From NCBI RefSeq assembly GCF_018350175.1, contig NC_058369.1:51088001-51152000 (forward strand): 64,000 nucleotides of DNA. The letters are read 5' to 3'. The position numbers were made by a program, and so were the translations under genes. A model generated the notes under the pieces. It had not been told where the DNA came from. It worked only from the letters and a program-made list of their open reading frames with translations, and did no database searches. Of this stretch, positions 57,401 to 64,000 are shown one piece after another (positions within the stretch are counted from its first letter, which is position 1; every line of letters begins with the position of its first letter). The stretch comes from Felis catus. Lineage: Eukaryota.

Positions 57401-60400
57401 TGAGGCATAGAGTAGGGTCACCTCCTCACCTAGAATAGAACTTCACTAAATACACTGTCCTGTTCTCTCCTGCCTGCTTGACCCACAGTTTCTCAAAGGA
57501 AGTGTCTACACTTCCGTATCCCACTCTTCTCCTTATCCCCAGCTTTGCTTCTATCTCACCGAAGTATCTCTTATGCTGTCGCCACCCAGATCTCTTCCTG
57601 GTCAGAACTCAACCCGTGTTAGCCTTATCGTAGTCCGTGAGCTCTGATACTACTGATCCCTCCCTTCCTGGAAATCCTCCCCTTTGATAAATGTGGGTGT
57701 TCCTGGGAGTTGAGACTGGCTCACCACCTTCCTCTTTACATTTTTCCTAGTGGTACCTATTCAGTTTCTTGGCTTTGGTGACCTTGTGTGTTCTGGTGAC
57801 TCTTGAATCTGCCTTCCTCGCTCTCTTTTAAGGTTTGCCTGGAAATCTTGATAACACGTTCATAGTAGACCTCCAGATCAAGACCCATTTTTTCTCCTAA
57901 ACTTGCTTTTCTTTCTGTGGTGCTGTGGCTTTGTGTCTTCTTACCTCAGCTAGAGACCTGGATTTTCTCAAAGTCAGCTTTATTGAGTTATTACATGAGA
58001 ATGCGTTTTATTTGTACAAGGGCAAGTGTCATGAGGCTTGCCCCTTAAAAATTATCCTTTTTAGATTTATCACTTTTGACAAACACGATCATGTAAGTAC
58101 TGCGATCAAGACAGCAGAATGTTTCCTCAAAAAACTCCCTCACGTCCCTCTGTTATCAGTCCTATCTTCTCATTCCAGCACTGATTTTTTTTTCTCCAGA
58201 GTATTCTTTTTCCATATTGTCATATAAAAGGAATTCTTCAGTGTGTGGGCTTTTTAATGTGGTTTCTTAACATAGTGCACTTGAGATTCATCTTTGTTGC
58301 GTGTATCGGGAATTTTTCCTATACTATTTATTGCTGAGTAGTGTTTCCTCAAATGGGTGAACCATGGTTTGGTGGGAGGTGCTTTTTGATTCCATTATCC
58401 TCTACATCTTATGTCAGTCCAACTCTTGTGAGGACTCTCTGCTTGTCCTGTCCACCGCCCCAGTCCAGGTTCTCATCACTGCTCCTTGAATAACCCTCTT
58501 TGCCTTTTGTCTCACTTCCCTCTCCAGTCCATTCTCTGCAGAGCCCCCATGCAACTGTAGTCATGTAACTTCCTCCTCAGAAAGCCCCAACAGTTCCTTA
58601 CTACCTAAAAGAAAGGCTAAGCTCAACAGTCTGGCATTTGAAATTAGCCATGAATCTCTAGGCTACCATTGCAGCCTCATCTGCTGAACCTAAAATGCTT
58701 CCCCTAGGGGCACCTGGGTGACTTAGTAGGTTAAGCATCTCTTGATCTCAGCTTAGGTCTTGATCTTAGGGTTGTAAGTTCAAGCACCACGTTGGGCTTC
58801 ATGCTGGGCCTAAAGCCTACTTAGTTAAAAAGGAAAAAAATGCTTCCTGTATACAGCAACACTGTACTCATCACTACTTCTGGAACTCTTAATGCCCTTT
58901 TGTGTTATTTTAACCTTGTTTATGCTATTTCCATAATATTGTTTAGAAAAGGAGTAACACTGCATTTGTTAGGTACTGAGCAAGGTGCAAGGAATATAGA
59001 TTTCAGTAAAGGAGACCAGGAAGCTTAAAGTCTAGTGAAGAAGAAATCACCTTATTAAATAAATATAAAAGATGTGTCATTGTAGATTACAATAAATGCT
59101 ATCAAGAGGGAAGTCATGAAAGGCCTCTGTAAAGAAGGAAGAGGCCTTCCCTAAATAAGCCAAGATCTAAGGGCTGACGTAGGTCGAGAGGGGGAAAAAA
59201 AGCCTGCAGGTAGATGGATCAGCCTGTGTAAAGCCCTGAGGTGAGGAAGAACTTAGTTAATACAAGAAACTGAAGATAGGCCAGTGTAGGTAGAAGCTGA
59301 TCTCTCTAATGGGAATGTCCTTAGTCTACTTTTCCTTGTTGTAAAATCATTCTAATCCTATTTTCATCTTCACGTCCAAACCAGTTTCTTCTGGAAATGT
59401 AATTTGTAAGTCTAATTATGTCACATTTCATCCTCCTTTATATCATAGTCATTTTTTCTGTCTCCTCTACCCAGTGGAGCTATTTAAAGGTAGAGATTGT
59501 CTTTATGTTTTATTTTTTCCCCCACCCTTAGAGGTGGTCTTTAAATTCTTAGCATCTGGATCAGTGCCTGGCACACAGTAAACATCCATTGTTGGCTCAA
59601 AAGACAGATTGAGAATAGTCCTTCACCTGCATGCCTCTCGACCAGAGTTTCTCAACCTCAGCACTGTTTGGAGTTGAATAATTCTTTTTTGTGCATTGTA
59701 GGATGTTTAGCAGTATGCCTGGTCTCTACTCATTGCCAGTAGCTCTCCCACTCCGCCCCCAGTCCTGTCAGTGAAAAATGTCCTGACATTGCTGAATGTC
59801 TCCTGGCAAGAAAAATGGTTCCCTGTTGAGAACCACTGCTCTAGACTTAGAATGAAATGCACCTTGAAGGCTTACTCTGTTTGGTTCATGTGGTCTGAAA
59901 GGCAGGTACTGTCAGTACCGTCTGGCTGGCTCCTTTGTAGCTAGTGTGGGGCGGGGCGGCGGTGGCAGTGGGTAGTGGGTTTGCAGAGACAGACTCTGAT
60001 CCTCCCTTTGGTTTTTTCTTACAGACTGCCACTCTCCGCCCCTACCTGAGTGCCGTGCGGGCCACGCTGCAGGCTGCCCTCTGCCTGGAGAATTTCTCCT
60101 CCCAGGTTGTGGAACGACACAACAAGCCCGAGGTGGAAGTCAGGTAGGGCAGAGAAAGGTCAGGGTGGGGATGATGGACTCAGCCCCAGAGATGGCAGTT
60201 GTCTGGAGGCTACCACAAAGTCGCATCCTGGAGTTGGAGACAGCTACACTTCTGCAGTTCACTTATTTTGTCTTGTTGCCAGATGAACAATGGTTCCCAA
60301 TTCACAGTTCGGAAAATAGGGTCAGTGGGTTGGCAGGACAAAACCCAGGGGAGAAACTCCTCTGGAACCAAGATTGCTTGGCACAAGGTGTGAGTTCTCA

Positions 60401-63400
60401 GAGTGGGGCTGTTGGTCAAGTATCTCCTGTGGCATTACTGAACCCAGTTTAAGGAGAGGGTGGAGAATTTTGTTATCCAAGATCCCATCTCCATTCTTTT
60501 GTAATTTAAAGTTCAAGGGCTATGTTTTCCTGCCTCCCTGGACTCATCATTTATTTCAGATATTCCGTATTTTGGGTTATTTTCTCTTATCTGATTTATG
60601 TTTTGTTAAATATTCTGTTTCCCTTTAAAGTTTAATCTGAGACATACATAACTGAGATAAGCAGTGTTACCACACCAAGTTGAAATGACTTGAATTTAAA
60701 AATACTGAAAAGATATTAGCATGCGTCATGTTGTTTTACTTAAAATATGTTTTCCACTAGGCATTTTAATTGCCAGTACACATAACTGTAGATTCAGAGG
60801 CATCAAAATGGGAACTGAGCTGAGAGGGGTCTTGATGCCAAATAAGTGAATCATTCGTGAATTGATAAAGGAGACCAAACTGTGTTTTGTTTTTAGCTTG
60901 CCCTTTTATCCCTAAGGCAGCCTCTCTCTTCTCATTCCCTAAATGGTGTATGGGTTTGCCTGTAGTTATTAAAATAAGAGCTGTCATTTGTAAAGCTCCT
61001 ACCATGTGCCCCGCACTCTGTTAGACAATTGACCCTTTTTGATCTCTCTCAATCCTCGCCAGTGAAATAGGAATCAGTCATTTACAGATGAGGAAATTGA
61101 GATTCCAACAGGGTAACTTGTCCAAGGAAAGTAACAGAGGAGACTGGATTTCAAAACCTTTTCGCCCTGACTCCAGAGCCTTGCTCCTTCTGTTGGAGAA
61201 CACGCTCGCTGGCCCCCATCTTGGAGCACCCCTACTTGTGAGTCTCCTCTTCCTTGGACTCTATGGTCTCAGATAGAGATTCCAGGTCCTGCTGTGGGGT
61301 CTCCCTGAGCATTCTGTTCCTCTATAGTACAGAGGCCTCTGTGACATTGTGTTTCAGGAGTAGCAAAGAGCTCCTATTGCAACCTGTGACCATCAGCAGG
61401 AATGAGAAGGAAAAGGTTCTGATTGAGGGCTCCATCAACTCTGTCCGGGTCAGCATTGCTGTGAAACAGGTGAGCTCACCACTGAGCCCCTGCCTCCTTA
61501 GGAGGCCAGGGATCCTCATCTGAGAGAGCTGTGCTAGATTCAAGGTGCAAAGAAACCCAGGCTCTATTTTCTTGACTGTACCTGGGGAATGATTTGCCAA
61601 ATTCAGCAGGTCAGTAGAGTAGACAGAGCAACCCTGTCTTCTAGGCCTTCCTCTGGATTACAAGTCAGGAAACATAGCAGCCAAGGCCATTGACAGTTTA
61701 GTGTGAAGTCAAGAATCATTTATAAGAAAGGGAGAATAAGTCCAGTTCAGAAAAATAAATAGTACCAGTATCAATTTAATAGCTATAAACTCTGAAAAAG
61801 AGATTTAGGATAAAGAACAAAGTGTAATTTCTTACATTTTCTCAGGTGATGTTTCACAAGTGTGTGATATTCCTATCACCCTTAAGATTATTGCCATATT
61901 TATGTATCATCTGGCCAGTTATTTGTTTAATGGATTTCCTTAAATTGACTTACTTTTCTTTATTTAAATTTGTTTGAAAACGAAACTTCGTGCTGTAGTA
62001 GAAAAGCAACATCACTTGACAAGAAGAGGGAACTCCAAAAAAATAAGTTCATTGAAAGAAAACAAAGCTGTTATTTAGACTAGATACTGTTGCCTACAGA
62101 AAACTCTGTCCTTGGGGGCCTGCTCTGTTAAAAAGGGAGATTAACAAGTGTTGGGAGGTGTTCAGGGCATACCAGCACCTAGTTGCAAAATTCTTCCATT
62201 AGAAATAATGAGAATTCAGCAGAGAAAAACTTTGGGGAGTTTTTGATGTTCATTGCTATTAAAGTGGAGATCACCTAAATTTATTTCTGATAGCCCCATA
62301 TGGTATATGTCATAGACTTTGGAAAATGCAGCACTGGTGAAATGGGCAGGTGAGGAAGAGGCTGCTCAGAATGTAGGGATGAATTCTGGAAGGAGCGGAT
62401 AAAAACCTCGGGTTTGCCAGAATTACCTCTCTGGAACGGGCGAAAGTGAGACTGTGATAATGCCCTGTTAAGCTGAAGACGCTCTAATAGACATTCAGTT
62501 GGCAACCAGGTGCTCCACAATTCAGGCAGTGTTTGCTCCCAATGGCAAATCCCACTGCTTGTAGCAAGCCTAGGAGAAATTGAGGTCAGAAGATCAGGGC
62601 TACAGGTTTCTGTTAGCCTAGGATGTCAGATTTAAGGAGACCTGTTTATCCTTCACTCTTACTAGGCTGATGAGATCGAGAAGATTTTATGCCATAAGTT
62701 CATGCGCTTCATGATGATGCGAGCAGAGAACTTCTTTATCCTTCGAAGGAAGCCAGTGGAGGTGAGACTATATGACCCACATGTTCATAATACCCAAGGT
62801 TCTTCCACCAAGTCTGCTGTCACTGGCCAGGGATTGTTCACAGAACCTGGATTGCTTCTCCAACTGTAGGACAACTGCTCCCTGAGTTGAGAGTGGGCCT
62901 TCATTTTGGCTGGAGTGGGAGTAAGAGGGATTAGAAGCTTAAGAGAAGTTGGGCCCACCTCAACCATGGGAAAGGCAAAAAATATGAGATGCATTGCTCA
63001 TCTTCCTAGAGCCTTAATGGCAGAAAGGGCACGATGAATCAAATCCTTTCTGAGCTCTGCCACCACTAAATCATTGTCTCTCAAGGCCACAGTTGACATT
63101 GGCTCAGTTGTTGCCTGACTTTGTACTTGAGTACTTTCCACAGATTCTGTGCCAAATCAACTTAAAATATCCCCAGTGACTGAGCAGCTACCATGCAGAG
63201 CCACATGTACCATCAGATGTGTTGGCCAACCTCGTCCCCATCCTGAGCTAAAATCTCTCTTCCTAAAAAAATAAATAAAAATAAAAAAAATAAAATGTCT
63301 CTTCCTGCTCCTAGATCTAATCTCTGTGGCCACCCAGAACAAATAAGATTGCTCCTCCACACACAACTAATCCCATCCTTATCCCATAGTGTCTCTTCTC

Positions 63401-63896
63401 TCTGGTTGATTAGATTCTTCTGTTAGAAGATTTCAAGTTCCTTCATTCTCCCATGACTCATTCTGCATGCAGCTGTTTGTATTACAAACAGCTTTCCAGG
63501 GGTGCCTGACACAAAATTCTCACCTGGGGTTCGTTCCTTGGACCCAGCATAGATACCCTAGCAGAGCAGGTGGGCTGCTGCCTGAAGGACATGTGACTTG
63601 GGAGAAGATTGCAGCCAGTAGGAAGCATATAGCTGAGTGACCTTAGAGGACATGGTCAACTAAGTGCCCTGGAAAGCTAATTCTCTCCTGTTTTTTCTCT
63701 TCTTCCTATTGTCTTCCTTCCCCAGGGATATGATATCAGTTTTCTGATCACCAACTTCCACACAGAGCAGATGTACAAACACAAGTTGGTGGACTTTGTG
63801 ATCCACTTCATGGAAGAGATCGACAAGGAAATCAGTGAGATGAAGCTGTCGGTCAATGCTCGTGCACGCATCGTGGCTGAGGAGTTCCTCAAGAAT
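57064..63896 (+). CDS. ARPC4: Actin-related protein 2/3 complex subunit 4 (p20-Arc); 3' partial, terminal exon beyond the window
   Basis: Exon 1 CDS is ATG only (57064-57066, then GTGAGA). Further exons: 60025-60143 ([24 protein letters not shown]), 61358-61469, 62666-62761 ([23 protein letters not shown]), 63726-63896 ([11 protein letters not shown]…EEFLKN). All are GT-AG and in phase. Confidence 0.97.
57960..58390 (-). mobile_element. L1M 3'UTR fragment
   Basis: agctttattgag…gagattcatctttgttgcgtgtatc…tttattgctgagtagtgtttcc is a typical L1 3'UTR reverse complement. Confidence 0.65.
58706..58838 (+). mobile_element. Short CAN-SINE
   Basis: ggggcacctgggtgacttagtaggttaagc…; TSD-like aaaatgcttcc. 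Confidence 0.82.
59643..59838 (-). mobile_element. MER20 (hAT-Charlie non-autonomous DNA transposon)
   Basis: TIRs cagagtttctcaac … gttgagaaccactg, internal gatgtttagcag…cattgtagg, and 8-bp TSD ctctcgac/ctctagac fitting the Charlie NTCTAGAN target. Confidence 0.85.
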
Positions 63897-64000
63897 GTAA
63901 GTGGGAGGACTTACTGGTGTCCCTACAGAGGGAGGAGGTGCCATGGGTTGAGAACTTAGAATCTGGCAGTAAAGTGGTGCCAGCAGTTTGTATTTCCTGA

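Noticed and set aside
56248-57421. Overlapping 120-167 aa ORFs in the TADA3/ARPC4 island (other than 56765-57070)
   Set aside because: Same CpG-island ORF inflation, with no homology recognised.
61780-63200. AT-rich ARPC4 intronic blocks as possible snoRNA or miRNA hosts
   Set aside because: No convincing C/D or H/ACA box pair with terminal stem, or long hairpin, could be identified by eye. Part looks like a degraded hAT-Charlie relic. An Infernal/Rfam scan would be decisive.

Overview
This is mammalian genomic DNA, not prokaryotic. The dense tRNA-derived CAN-SINEs of the feliform/SINEC_Fc type point to a carnivore, most likely a felid. The window is the block syntenic to human 3p25.3, with five protein-coding genes: BRPF1 (+), OGG1 (+), CAMK1 (-), TADA3 (-) and ARPC4 (+, last exon beyond the window). 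Exon boundaries were read from GT-AG sites and reading phase. Ten short N-gaps hide six coding exons or parts of exons. The rest is SINE, MIR, L1, L2, LTR and hAT-MER relics plus microsatellites. I found no CRISPR array, RNA gene or new protein-coding system. The most notable observations are: (1) the sequence orthologous to the human beta-OGG1 (type 2a) last exon lies antisense to CAMK1 exon 3 and is killed here by stops and frameshifts; (2) OGG1's first ATG is TTG and is preceded by three uORFs; (3) OGG1 and CAMK1 share one 24-bp two-strand poly(A) cassette; (4) an exact 72-73 bp copy of nearby intron sequence splits a 12-bp palindrome in BRPF1 intron 2; (5) BRPF1 has an open in-frame 102-nt intron; (6) there is a three-level nested SINE. 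Human comparisons are recalled from memory and need verifying by alignment.
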